From: Phaeosaccion multiseriatum | Lineage: Eukaryota > Protista > Ochrophyta, other classes | Direction: 5' to 3' | NCBI GenBank assembly: GCA_965112735.1 | Contig: OZ218953.1 | Span: 3,410,001 to 3,474,000 of the forward strand | Length of the DNA stretch: 64,000 nucleotides | Shown: positions 36,090 to 48,702 of the stretch, piece by piece | Layout of the letters: each line of letters starts with the position of its first letter | Position numbering within the stretch: position 1 is the first letter of the stretch | Program-made: the position numbers and the translations under genes | Notes under the pieces: model-generated | The model's database searches: none | Seen by the model: the letters and a program-made list of their open reading frames with translations, nothing else | Told to the model about the DNA's origin: nothing

Positions 36090-36244
36090 TCAACCCCTCC
36101 TGACGCGCTATTGAGCTATGATCATCGCTATTGCCGGCGTCAGCCGGCACGATAATAGCTATTGATGCGTGCCAATAGTGCACTAATGAGGGCCGATAGC
36201 TGAGCTATCGGCGATACCTCAATACCGCATCAGCCAGGGGTCGA
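36090..36244. mobile_element. 155-bp MITE-like insertion with 6-bp target-site duplication
   Basis: TIRs tcaacccct / aggggtcga, flanked by ATACCT at 36084-36089 and 36245-36250. A related inverted copy lies at ~35655-35851. Confidence 0.7.
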
Positions 36245-36459
36245 ATACCTGTCCAGGTGCTCAGCAGGGGGGCGTGCGTGCAGCTCAGGACCACCTTCTC
36301 GACCCTACGCGCCCTGTCCTCCTCATAGAAGAGTTATATTGCCGTGCTCAGCGCCCGACGACGTAGCTGCCCGTCCTCACTCGCCTGACTCCTCCCCTAC
36401 CCCCCACCCCCTCATCTAGTGCCATCACCTCTAAGTGCTCTAACATCAGGTTTACAGGT

Positions 36460-37181
36460 TTATGCCCGGCCCCCGCAGCGCCGCAAGAAGGAGTCCGTCA
36501 AGATCCATCTGCTGGAAGCCCCCCATGCCCCTCTTGAGCTCCGCGTGGCTGGCCCCGTCTGGGGCTGGTTGGGCCCTCCGCTGCCATCCGGGCTGCTCCA
36601 GCGTGCGTGCGTGGGCGCGGTGCGTGAAGCGGACGCGGCCCTGCACGCCATACGGAGGGCGCTCTCCACGCGAGTAAAGCAAGCCACAGCCCCCAGACAG
36701 ACAGGGTGATTTGCAACGGACGATGATGGGAACGATGAGGAGCGAGGGTCCTCCTCCTCCTCCTCCTCCTCCTCCTCCTCCTCCGTCTTTGCCTCCACTC
36801 CGAGTGCTCTGTTCTGCTCTGCTGCCACGGGCACGAGGCCAGGCGCCGTACTTACGCTGCCATGCTCTTGTCCTGCGAGTCGAAGAGCCCCTTGCGCCTC
36901 CTCAGCGCCTTCCTGAGCCCCGTCGAGGTCTCTTCCTTCTGTTGGACACCGTCTCCTCCTTCCAGAGGCGGGACGAGGTCTCGCTCAACCCGTGTGCAGC
37001 AGCTCCGCCACCTGTCCTGTTGGGCAGGGGGGTGTATAAGAGGTGAGGCGTAAACTTTTTGGGGGGGAGACCCAGCAAAGCAATCCCCCCCCCCTTCCCA
37101 TTTCTAACCGCCCAAACCTACCTTGTCCAGCAGCTCTGGCGTGACGGCCATGAAGCGCTCGAAGCAGAAGGTGGACATCAT
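36460..37181 (-). CDS. Hypothetical protein (3 putative exons), divergent from LTV1
   Basis: GT-AG-bounded frames MMSTFCFERFMAVTPELLDK | DRWRSCC...DKSMAA | ...; no family recognised. Confidence 0.35.
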
Positions 37182-37541
37182 CTTCTGTAGCGCATATCAC
37201 ATGACGAGGGGGGAGCGGGGAAAAAAAAAACAAAACTGCGTGGTAGGTCGTGGGCATGTTGGTGATACTTAGTCATCTGTGATTGTGTTTTCTTGTGGGC
37301 TGGGGCCGCGTGGGGGCTCACTACCTATCATCTATCACACTCCGCTCCCTGAACTACACACCACCCTTTCAACGCTCAAACTTTGCGCACCGTGTCCGTT
37401 TCAGTGGTAGTAGGAGTCAGAAGACTTTCCCGCAGAGTAAAGAGGCTTGAAATACTTTCTCAGGGCTCGCCACTGAACAGGAACGCTTGAGACAAGTGGT
37501 CATCAGACAGAGACGCCAGCGATAGGAAGAAGGGAAGGAGG

Positions 37542-39792
37542 ATGGGGAAGAAAAAGTTTATCGATGCCAAGAGCTCCGAAACGTATCACGTGGTGCATCG
37601 GTCTCAGCAGGACAAAACCAAGGAGTATGATCACAATGCCAGCGAGTTCGTCCTGGTACCGACCATCAAGGGGAACCAGGCGAGAAAGGCCAAAAAGGCT
37701 CAAAGGGCTGAAGAAGGTGGAGTAGGAGCAGCCGGGGGGGCGTCGCATATCAACGCCCTGGGACTCCCAAACGACGGCTATGACTACGAGCGACATTTCA
37801 AGACAATGGGAGGGGGGACCTTTGTCAGCTCCGCTGGAAGGGTTGGGGCGGGGGTGCAGCAAGCCGGAGGGAGGGAGCTCCCTGAGGAGGCGCTGCCGTC
37901 GGAGGAGACGCTGGAGCGGCAGCTGGAGGCCATCACCATCAGCGAGCAGGTGATGGAGAGAGACATGAGGTCCATCATCTTCGACGGAGCGGATGAGTGG
38001 GAGGAGATGGACGACGACTTTTGCCTGCAGGCAGCGCAGGCACCGCCCGAGCCGGGGCAGGCGGGCGGCTTCAACTACGACGCTCACATCGCCAAGCTCA
38101 TGGCGCAAAGCGAAGAGGTGGGTAGTAAGCTCTTGGAGGAGTGGGGATCAGCGGAGTGTGTTGTGGGCCCCTTTTTGGAGAAACTTTTTTGTACCCCGAG
38201 GGTAGGAGGAGTATAGTGTTGAGTGGGGATCAGCCGAGTGTGTTGTGGGCTCCGTTTGGAAACAAGTACAACAACAGTCTCGGGACAAGAAGACTGAGGG
38301 AGAAGGAGTGTTTGGTTTTTTGGGCCCTTTTGTGAAAGAAGCTGTCCTGACTGACTGGCACTCGCGAAGGTAGGAGAAGTGGGGTGTTGAGTGGGGATCA
38401 GCGGGTGGACAGAGGAGGAAGAAGGAGTGTGTTGGGGGCGTCTTTCTGGAACAAGTGGGGATCAGTGGCGGGAGAGGAGGGAGAATGAAAGGGTTGTGGG
38501 CTCTGTTTGGAAACAAGTGCAACAACTGTCTCGGGATAGGAAGAGTGAGGGAGAAGGAGTGTTTGGTTTTTGGGCCCTTTTGTGAAAGGAACTGTCCTGA
38601 CTGGTACTCGCGAGGGTAGGAGAAGTGGCGGAAGAAGGAATGTGTTGTGGGCAGCTTTCTGGAACAAGTAGGGATCAGTACCGCATTTCATGCCGATGCC
38701 CACACCGTCCCGTCCCTCTGTGATGCGCCTCGATGCCAGATGACGGGGGTGCGACTGCCGCAGGATGTAGATGGCGCGTGGTGGACAGAGCTGTCCAAGC
38801 TAAAGCACAAACACGACGAGAGCGACCCAGACGATGACGACGACAGTGGACACTTCGACGAGGCCTTCCTGCTGGGGCAAGGGCCCGGGCCCGGGGAGCA
38901 GGATGACGAGCCGGAGACCGAGCTGACAGCCTTCCAAAGAGAGGTTGTGACCGGACAGTTCGAGGCCGCGTTGCTGGAGTATGACAGCGACGAACAAGGC
39001 GCGCCGGAGTGGGACGACGAGGAGGTGGAGGGCTTCCGGGACGTGACGCAAGACGCCTTTGCCGACGAGTGCATGAACGAGTTCCTGGAGGAGAATAGAA
39101 AACTCGAGTGGGGCGGGGAAGTGGGTGCCGAGTCGGTAGCTGCTGCTTCTTCTGCTGCGGCTGCTGCGCGGCCACTGAGTGGAGGCGAGGCAGGCGAGGT
39201 CGAGGAGGAGGAGGCGGGCCAAGGGGGTGACGACGACGACGACGACGACGGCGACGGCGACCAAGAAGGACAAGACGATGACATTCTATCCAGCTTTAAT
39301 TACATGGTGAAAAAGACGGGGGCCAAGTGGGACTGCGAGACCATCGTCAGCACGTACTCCAACCTCGACAACCGCCCCAAAGTGCTCAAGGTGGAGAGCA
39401 CGGGCAAGCGAAAGCCCCGCGGCAGTCGGCAATCAGAGCAGTCAGACGGTGCGAGCGGGAATAACCCAGCTTTCATTCGCCTCTCGAATAAGACCGGCTT
39501 GCCCATGGGTGTCATGCTGCAGGAGAGGCCGGTACTTACACAACCACGAGAGGAACAAGAGCATGAGCCAGAGGACAACGTGCCACCGGAGAACAGAGGC
39601 AAGGCGAGGCAAAAGGGGGAGACGGCGGAGGAGAAGCGCGCTCGCAAGGCCAGCCTCAAGGAGCAGAAGAGGGACAAGAGGGCCAGCAAAAAGGAGACGC
39701 AAGCCGCGTACAAGGCCGAGACCAAGGTGGCGCACAGGCTGCTGGGCAGTGCAGAGGCCGGGCCCTCCAGGACTGTCTACTCGTACACATGA
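37542..39792 (+). CDS. LTV1: Ribosome biogenesis protein LTV1
   Basis: MGKKKFID...YHVVHRSQQD, GLPNDGYDY, WDCETIVSTYSNLDNRP and ETAEEKRARK..K..KR..R..KK. One intron ~38118-38739. Confidence 0.93.
38139..38680. repeat. Intronic composite tandem repeat (~250-bp period built from gagtggggatcagc / tgttgtgggc subunits)
   Basis: 38243-38382 is repeated at ~38494-38628. Confidence 0.8.
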
Positions 39793-40016
39793 GGCTTTCC
39801 CTCTTGTGTTTTATCTCTTGTATACGCGCTGTAAATATTGGAGGATTCGTGTGAGGGAGACGAGACTTTGTGTGAGGGAGACTGGGAGAAAATGGGGGAA
39901 TGACCTGTGAGTCGACTCGTGTGTTGGTTCGCCAAAGCAAGGCGGTTAAAGAAAATCGCAAAATCGCGGCCAAGGCTGCGAGAAAAGTCAAGCAGACTGG
40001 CTGAGATACATATGAC

Positions 40017-42201
40017 ATGTCGAAAACTCCTCAGCAGCTTCGGGAGGGGCTGTTGAGCAGTGCTGCAGGGGAGAGGAGCCATGATCAGCCGCGGCCAGCA
40101 GCAGGAGCCTCCCTTAAGAGAGGAAGAGCAGAAGCTGCTCGCGTCTTCGAGGCCCACAGCCAGAGGAGAGACAATACTCCGAATGTTACGATTCTGCTCA
40201 TAGTGAATGTCATGGTGGGAAGTGGCATCCTGAATCAGCCACAGGTGCAGGAGTCTTTAGGCCCCCGCCCCACACATCTCTTCGCTCCTTGCCTTCGCTC
40301 ATTGCGTGGCTGCCTCTCTCCACCACTGCTCTACTAGGTGTTCAGCAAGAGCGGTATAGCGGGGGCCACCGCAATCTACGCAGTCAGCCTGGCCTTCATC
40401 TGGCTGGGGGCCGTCGTTCTCGTCGCCGCCACAGAGAGCGTGCAAGGTACGCCCTCAGGCAAGGTAGCAGCAACAGTTGCATCATCCGTGGCTACACCAA
40501 GCAGCAGCAGTGGTGAGGACAAGGAGGAGGAGGAGGAGGAGGAGGAGGAGGAGGAGGAGGAGGAACTAGACTACGCTGGCCTCCTGGCGCGGTCGCACGG
40601 AAGGTGGGGCAAGGCGGTCTTCGACGCGAGCGTGTGCCTGCTCGTGGTCGGAGAGTGCGTGAGCTACGTACTCGTCATCGGAGAATTAACCTCTACGATG
40701 CTCGAGGAGGCCACGGGCAGGTCAGTTTTGCTCACCCTTGGAGTTGCACGCCGTGGTGGTATTGTACTGTGTTGCTCATGACCCTCACTCCTCGCCCCGC
40801 AGCTCCCAGTGGTGGTCGTCCTTCTACCTGGTCACACCCGTTATGGTGGCGGCCTTTGTGGTTGGCCCCTCCCTCGTGCGACACTTTAGCAACATGCGAT
40901 GGCTGTCCCTGCTCTGCCACTCGGCCATCAGCAGCACGGCTCTCATGGTCATCACGTGCAGCTGGTACTTTGCCCGGGAACAGGGCTACCCCTCCCTCTC
41001 CTTCCCCGGCGCCTACCGCTGGTGGGATTGGTCCGGCATGGCCGGGAAGCTCGGCTCGGCCGTGTTTGCAAACTCGTGGTGCTACGTGGCTTTCCACGCG
41101 TACCTCTCCATCACACCGCGGCTTCGCACTCTGACGGAGTGGCGCCGCATCGCGCAAGTGTCCATGCTGCTAGGGGGTTCCTCGTGCTACCTGACGGGTG
41201 AGTGTGCGAGCCTTGATTCCCACTTCTCCCTGTGTAAGAAACTGCTGGAGGGAAGCCTTCTTCTACCCCAGCCGGCCAGCCTCTCGAGATGGCTCTGTCT
41301 ACTCTACCGCCGCCCTCCCCTCCTCACTCACGCCCCATCTCTTCCTCTGCGCGTAGGCTTGCTCGGCTACCTGGCCTTCGGCAGCGAGGTGTCTGGCGAA
41401 ATACTTGAGAATTTCACCGGGCCGGTGGCCGCGGTGTTCAAGCTCCTCGTGGTGGCGCACCTCCTCCTGTATATCCCCAATGAGGTCTGTAGGTCAGACA
41501 GAGGAGAGGAGCCCTCGCCTGGGGGTCTCTCCTCTCCGACTCTTGGGGGTCCGTCGGGGCTCTCTACCATCCCCTGATGGATTGCGCGCTGCCTCTCTCG
41601 TACTCGCCTGACTCTCTTCCGCCCACACTCTCGCAGCTGGTGATCATGCGCGCCTCGTTCTTCAGCCTGCTCGGGCGGGACGTGATGCGTGAGAAGCTGC
41701 TGCCCGTGCTGCTCTTCAGCGCCGGTGTGCTGGTCTCGCTCATTGTCTTCGCCTGCGTCCTCGTTGCCATGGGCGTTGCCACGGTGAGAGCGAGCGTATG
41801 TGGCGGGGCGGGGTCTCATGTACTCGTTAGGACGCCAGGACGTGCACTGTACAGGGTTGTCACATGCTATGCTATGCTTCGTCACCGCCCCCTCACTCTG
41901 CCCCCACGTACAGGGCGATGCCTTTGGCTACATTGTGGACCTCACGGGAGGCATCCCCGCCGCCACGGTGTCCTTCATTTTGCCGGGTCTGGCCTACATC
42001 AAGCTCGTGCCGAGGCCGGAGGAGGAGGAGGAGGAGGAGGAGGAGGAGAGAGAGGGCCCGCCAGCCCCGGCGGGGAAGCACTACAGGACGCGCAATATGA
42101 CTCTGGCCCCATGGCAGCACGAGTGTGCGAGGGCACTGCCCGCCTTTGGAGGGGCGGTGATGCTTGTGGTCGTCTGCGCCACGCTAGCGAGCTGGCTCTA
42201 A
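40017..42201 (+). CDS. Amino acid/auxin permease (AAAP/SLC38-like) transporter, multi-exon
   Basis: LIVNVMVGSGILNQPQ|VFSKSG, GECVSYVLVIGE, LLGYLAFGSEVSGEILENF and FGYIVDLTGG..SFILPGLAY. Confidence 0.88.
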
Positions 42202-42357
42202 CACGTAGCCCAGCTGGTTTGCAATAACGTTCGCGCTACAAAGATTAGAGTGTAAGACTACCGCCCTCGCGAATGCGCCTTTCGTTGCCTCCTCCCCCCT
42301 GGTTCTTCTGGGCCTGTGCTCCTCATACGATAGCCAGCTGATGGCGAAGATACCCTT

Positions 42358-45317
42358 TTAAAGAGGCGTGGCTTCTTCGCCCCCACCCTTCCTCTCCCGC
42401 TTTCCCTCGCCCTGGCTCTCTCCCTCTCCCTCCCCCTCTCGCTCTCCTCCCCCCTGCCCCTCGTCCCCCTCCTGCTTCCCCTCCCCATGGTGCGGCGAGA
42501 GCGGAGCCGTGAGTCTTTGGTCCACTCCGTCCTCGCGCATCATCTGAAGGAGCTCAGCTTCCACCGCTTCCACCTCTTGCGCCTCCGCCTCCGCCACCGC
42601 CTCGAGTCGGAGTCGACAGGCGGCAAGGGCGGGGCCGTAGCACAGCGCCTCGCACGGCCGCAGCCCCTCCGCCCTCATGCGTCGCAGGATGGAGAGCGCA
42701 CCCTGACAAGACTCGCTGGAGAAGGCTCGCTCCAGGCAAGACACGTATGCCTGCCGCACTGGCGAGGAGGGCTCCCCCCCTCGGGCTCCTCTCCCCCCCT
42801 GTGTAGCCTCCCTGGCGTCGAGGACATGCTGCTTGACGTCATCAACGAGCTGTAGAGCACGCTCCAGTCTGCCCGCCACGGCGTGCACCTTGACCCTGTT
42901 GAGGCGAGCGCTCAGCGCCCACGACAGGCCCTGCTTCTCCATTTCCACACACAGCGCCTCCGCCCACACATAGTCGCCTTGGTGCGAACAGGCCTCCAGC
43001 GCAATGGCAAAGCTCTGAGGGGACATGCGCTTCTCGTGGATGCCTTGCTTGCGCAATAGGTACTTCGAGAGAAGAAGCACTCGCCCCCAGCCTTCCGCCT
43101 TCATGTAGGCCTCCGGCGGGCGGGGAGAGGCGGGGCGGGCCATTGTATGGATTGGGCTGCCCCGCGTGCCCAGCGGATCCAAAAGGGCAGGGTCGTAGGA
43201 GGTCACCATCCTCTCCAAGGCGCGCTCAAAGACGCTCCCCTGCCCGCTCCTCAGGGCATGTGCCCGGCCCTCTCTCTTCATGGCGCTTCGCACGGCATTA
43301 AAGCAGTGGGGGCTCCAGCGCTCCAGGCAGAGCTCCTGCAGCTCCAGCCACTCGTACGGCTCCGGGGGCGGCTCCGTGTCCGTCTCTGCCCCTGCCTTCG
43401 TCTTTGTTTGTGCCGCGCTCTGTCCGCGCCGCCCATTACCGTGGCGGCCACGCGTCCTGTGAATTTTCCGCTGCTCCGCATACGCCTGGACGCGCCGCTG
43501 GTGCTCCGCGTGCTGATGTGGCTTGTAGGCGGCATGTAGGGCCTGCACAAGGGCCACCGCCCTGCGTGGGCGGGGGGGGGGGGGGAGCAGAGGGTGTGAG
43601 GTGTGTCAGTCTGCATTCCAACACGGCGGAGAGTGCCGCTCTGCACACACCTGTCCCTACTCGGTCGTCCGTCGTCTTCAGAGGCCTCAAGTGCCCTCAG
43701 CGCAATCTCGAGACTGGGCGCGTGCGACAACACTCCAGGCGCGGCCACACACAGATCATCAAACAGCCCCAGTGTGGACGCCCCCCGGCCCTCGGGCTGG
43801 GCCAAGTCGAGGCGCAGGGTGTGCAGGAGCACCTTCTCCCACATGGCCCCCACCGCCTTGTCCGCCTCAGTCTGCTCCAGCCCGAGCATACTCCGAGCCC
43901 CCTGTCGCTGTTGCCAGAGCTGCGCAAAGAGAGGGAGCGTTTCGTGCAGATTCCTTGCAGCGCCGTCTGCTGCCATCCCCTCCCCACAGTAAGCCCGCAC
44001 AAACGCCTCCGCCTGCACGAGACTCACGGACACTCTCGCGGCTTGCATGTCTGCGAAGAGCGCAGCGGACACGTCAAGCTCGCGCGCGGCAATGCTTGCC
44101 TCCAGCATACTGTCGAACAGATGGCGCCTGCCGCCGGACGACAACTCGACAGACAGAAGACAGTGGGAGGGTGCGTCAGTGGTCTTGTAGGCAGGAGGAA
44201 CTGGAGGCTGGCGTCTTGCGCCGCAATATAGATGGAAGTGATTGATAAATGACAGGTGGCATGCCACCCCCCCCCCAGTCTCACCAGCCGTCGCAGTCGC
44301 GCTCTCCCTCCTGGGAAGCCTCGCTGAGCAGCACCTGGAGGAGGTTTCTGGCCGCGAGGAACTGCCCCGCGTTGCAGCACGCATGCAGCACGGAGCCCAC
44401 GTGGGAGAGGCGCAGGGGAAGGTTTTTGTCGTCCTGCAGGAGGAAGATTATCTCCAGCGCCTCGTCGAAGTCGCCATTCGCCGTCGCGGAGCTGAGCACC
44501 TGCGGAGCCGTAGGGGGGTGGAGGGCAGGGCACTCTGTTCAGGCCTGGAGCGCCCAAGACGTTATTCGAGCCTCAGACACACCTGTGTGTAGTGCTTCTC
44601 CTGAAGTCGATACGGCGACTCACTCGCAGGAAGGCTCCCCCCATCCTCCTCCTCCTCCTCCTCCTCTAGTCTCTCAGCCCGCTTGTACATGTGGCTGAGC
44701 AGCAGCCGCGCCAGGTTATGCCTCCCCGCCTCGCAGCACGCGGCGAGGGTCTGCTCGTACACGTGCATGGGAACATTGTCCCAGCCCAGGTGGTACTCCA
44801 TCTCCTGCACCATCTGGCGCAGGTAGAGCAGGCGTTGACGGTTGCTGGTTGGCAACGCCAGGCACGACTCAAAGTCGGCCCACAGCTTCTCCGGGGTGAC
44901 AGCCTCGGCAGCTCTCTCACCAGGGCGCAGACTGCCACTGCTTGTAGTGTCAACGACATGCCCGGATAGGTGTTGTGAACCCTCATTCCTCCTGCCTTGG
45001 CAAGTTTTCAGCTCTTCGTCTCTGCGTGCTTTTCGAGCATGCAGCTGCTCCTGCCAGAGGCTCTCAAGCAGCTTGCCCTGGCGCCGATGCGCACTGCTAC
45101 TCACGTCCCGCCGCCCCCGAGAGTGGTGGTTTTGCACCTGTTTCGGTATGTCATGACTGCTCCCAAGACGGGCAACAGAAAATGGCTTGCTGCCCTCCGG
45201 AGCTTGTCGCCGATGCACGTACAGGCCATCGCAGCCGCAGCGAGGGCTGAGCCAGTGAGGCCCACGTCTCCGTAGCGCCGCTGCGCCGCGCCTGGCTCGG
45301 GAGAGCGCCCGCCGCAT
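42358..45317 (-). CDS. Pentatricopeptide-repeat-like protein, probably mitochondrial, multi-exon
   Basis: Arg-rich presequence MRRALSRARRG. PPR-like helices VYEQTLAACCEAGRHNLARLLLSHM, SFAIALEACSHQGDYVWAEALCVEMEKQG and ILRRMRAEGLRP. Confidence 0.75.
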
Positions 45318-45429
45318 CGCCCACAAAGGCGACTGCTGCAAGATCAAGATGTGGCTCACAAGTTGGTAATATACGAATAGTCACAGATGGCTTTGTGAGG
45401 GGCTAGAGTAGAGTAGCACAAAAGAGCCC

Positions 45430-46514
45430 ATGGCGCTGCGCGTGACGCCTAGTAGGTTCTTCACAGCGATATCGAGGACGCGATCTGTGTGTTGCAGCAG
45501 CAGCAGCAGTAGCGGTCGAAGGGCTTTATCATCAGGGCCAGCATGGACACGATTAGGCCCCTCATCGCAAATGCAAGCCGGTGGAGCGGGAGAAGCGGCG
45601 GCAGCAGCGTTCATCTGCAGGCGGGAAGCCCTCAACCCACGGCCGCTCGGCACTGCTGCTGGCCCTCACCGACGGAATCTGTCTGGCTCCCCTCAAAAGT
45701 TCAGGAGAGACCCAGAAGCGACCTTAAGTCCGGCAGAGAAGCGCGAGCTGAAGAAACAGATCGTCCTCATGCATGACATCAAGCAGACAGGCCGGACGAC
45801 GAAGGACTGGGCAAAGGTGCGTGTGTGAAGGACCCCAGTGGGAGGTGGACGATGTGTGTATTTTTTTGCCGCCGCCGCCCCCAACCCCCCAAATCCCCGC
45901 GTCCTTTTTTTTTTTGTGTTGGCTATGTGCCGAGCAGGTCCGCGAGGTGGTGGACATTGCCAGGAAGGAGGGTGTGCTGATGGACAGATTCTCGCGCTGT
46001 GCAGCCATCGAGGCGGCGGGCTACTGCCAGAACGTGACGGCCGTGCAGGTGCGTGTGTGTGTGTGTGTGTGTTTCGCTGCGGAGCACAGGCCGAACAGTT
46101 CAGGGCACCGCTTCTTTCCCCCTACAATGACTGGACTCATTCTCTCGCGGGGTCGCATCTGCTAGCTCCGCTATGGCAACCAAGTGCTCTGAGGGACGAC
46201 CCTCGCCTTCCACCAGCCAATGCCCAACCCTCAAACCCGCCCTCCCGCCACAGGCCCTGTTGAGAGACGCCACGAAGAAGGAGGAGGTGGATGTGGTTAC
46301 ATACACAGTGAGCATGCGTGCGTGCTTCCGGTGTCGCGACTATGACGAAGGCATGGCCGTGTGGGAGCAGCTCGAGGCGGACGACAAGGTGCAGCCCGAC
46401 ACCAAGGCGCTTAAGCTGGCGCTCAAGACGAGCGTGTACGGTGGGGAGCTCTACTCGGAGCAGGCCACGGCCATCGAGGAAAAGCTGCTGGAGATGGGCG
46501 AGAGCGTGGCGTAG
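45430..46514 (+). CDS. Short PPR-like protein, probably mitochondrial (3 exons)
   Basis: Ser/Arg-rich presequence; DVVTYTVSMRACFRCRDYDEGMAVWEQLEADDKVQPD. Confidence 0.65.
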
Positions 46515-46726
46515 GGGGGGTCGACCCCTGACATGCTACCGAGCGGATTCTCGCTAGCCGTCCGATAGTAAGGGGCAAAGGGTACTTAAAATCAAGTTGA
46601 ATACTTTTTTAAGGGGGTGGCGGCTGATGGTTGGCCGGCCGGCCGGTCGGACAGATCTTAATTTTGAACTCAAACTGGATTTTGTCCTTCGCCGCCCCGT
46701 CCCCTTTTTGAATAGAACGACGCGCC

Positions 46727-48702
46727 ATGGCCATGGGAGGCTCTCCCCTGCTGCTGCTGGTGCTCGCCCTGCTCCCTTGCAACGCTCTCGCTTTCACGTG
46801 CGGCGCGCAATCCTACGTGAAAGGAGATGCAGGAATAAAAACAGGAGCCATTGGAAGGAGGGGGAGCGCAGGATGCTCTGCCGGCACGGCAGGCGGTTGG
46901 TGGCGGAGGAGTAGCAGCAGAAGGAGAGGGTGCGAGTCAACGCGTTGGCTTTTGTCTCGCTATTCCGCCGATGGCGTTTTGCGGTCTCAGGAGCCTCGGT
47001 TCCAGCGATTAAAGTCAGCAGCGATTGTGGCAGAGAGCATGTTTGGTGACGCCCCGCCCAAGCTTCCGAACTATGGGCTGCATACAAGGGTGAGTATGGT
47101 GGGGACAAGCTGGAAGCCATTGTGTTCCATTGCTTTGCTCCACAGTGTCTTTTCCCCCTTTGTGTGTCGAGCCCCGCGCCGTTCTTGAGGAACCACACTC
47201 GTCTTTGGAAAGAAAAGAGCCAGCACTGTCCTCATCTCGCTCGTCTTTGTCGTGTCCACCCAGATCAAGGGCAGCATAGTCTCTCTCACGGGTTTGATGT
47301 ACGCTCTCAGCACGTTCGGATGGGCCGCCGTGCTGTTTCCCTTTGTCTGCGTGGCGTGGGTGGTGGCTCGGGTGGTGGACAATGAGAAGCGGCGCCCGGT
47401 CGACTTCTTTGTGCGCCTGTGGGCCCGGCTGTCCATGGCTACCATGACCTACAAGCCACAGGTGAGCGAGCCGCAGGGCGTGGGAGGGCTTGGCGGTGGT
47501 GACCCAGCCAGGCACTGAGCTACTACCTGGCTTTTTATGCAATTGAGAGTCGCCTTCTCATGGAGTAAAACAGGTCGTTACTCATGTGCTTTCCCCTCTT
47601 CGCCCGCCCGATCTCTGGGCTCGAAGGTGCTGGGCAAGGAGAACCTCCCCCCGGTGGAGGAGACCGTCATGTACATTCCGAACCACTCGAGCTTCATGGA
47701 CATCCTCACGCTGAGCGGCTTCCTGCCCAGAGTGGTCAAGTACGTGTCCAAGGAGGAGATCAAAAAGATTCCCATGATTGGTGAGTGAGTGAGTATGGAA
47801 GGGGGAGAAGATGGGGCTTGGTCAGGGCTGCGCTCAAAGTCTCGAAGGACAGCGCTGCCTCTCTCCTGCCGTCGCGGTCTCTCGTGCCCCTACGTGACAG
47901 CGAACTCCCCCCCTCCCTTGTCTGCCTGCCTGTCTGCCCGCCTACTTGGCCCCCACATCAGGCGCTGCGATGCAAATGGCACGACACCTGTTCATCACCA
48001 GAGGAGGGGACGCCCGCTCACAGCTCAACTCCTTCAAGGAGTGCGTCGAGGCGCTCAAGCAGGGAAACTCGCTCGTCACCTTTGCGGAGGGCACCCGCAG
48101 CAAGACGGGCCGCCTCCTGCCCCTCAAGAAGGGCCCCTTCACCATGGCCAAGCGCGCCGGCGTAAGGGTGAGTAAGTCAGTTGTTGGGCCATTTGCGTCA
48201 GTGGGCCCGTGCCCTCGCGCCTTGCCTCCCTTGGACGGACGGACGGACGGGACGGACGTTTCTGCCCGACTCTTACATCGCACTCCACTCCATGTTTCTG
48301 TCTGTCTGTCTGTCTGTCGGTCCGAAGATCGTGCCCGTGTCTCTTGTCAATGTCCACACCGTCATGCCCTGTGACGCCTGCATGCCCGTGACTCTGGGGA
48401 GGCACCCACGAGCCAAGCTCGTCATCCACCCGCCCATCGAAACCAAGGTGAGAGAGCCTCTGCTTCCCTGGCTGGGCCTGCTTGGGCCCCGAGAGAGAGG
48501 GCCAGACGAAAGGGTCTTGGCGACAGAGACATATCTCACTCTCCTGTCCTCTGCTGTCCGAAATTCCCACCTGTGCCCCGTTGTCAATGTCCGCGGGCAG
48601 GACCGGCCCGAGGCGGAAGTGATGGAGGAGTGCCGAGCAGCGCTCATCGCGGGGCTGCCCCACTGGCAGAGGCCGCTGAGGACGTCAGGGGGAGGCGCAT
48701 GA
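46727..48702 (+). CDS. plsC: Plastid 1-acyl-sn-glycerol-3-phosphate acyltransferase (LPAAT/PlsC)
   Basis: NHSSFMD (HX4D), KEEIKKIPMIG, FAEGTRS, KKGPF and IVPV. Signal peptide ending ALA-F. Confidence 0.92.
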
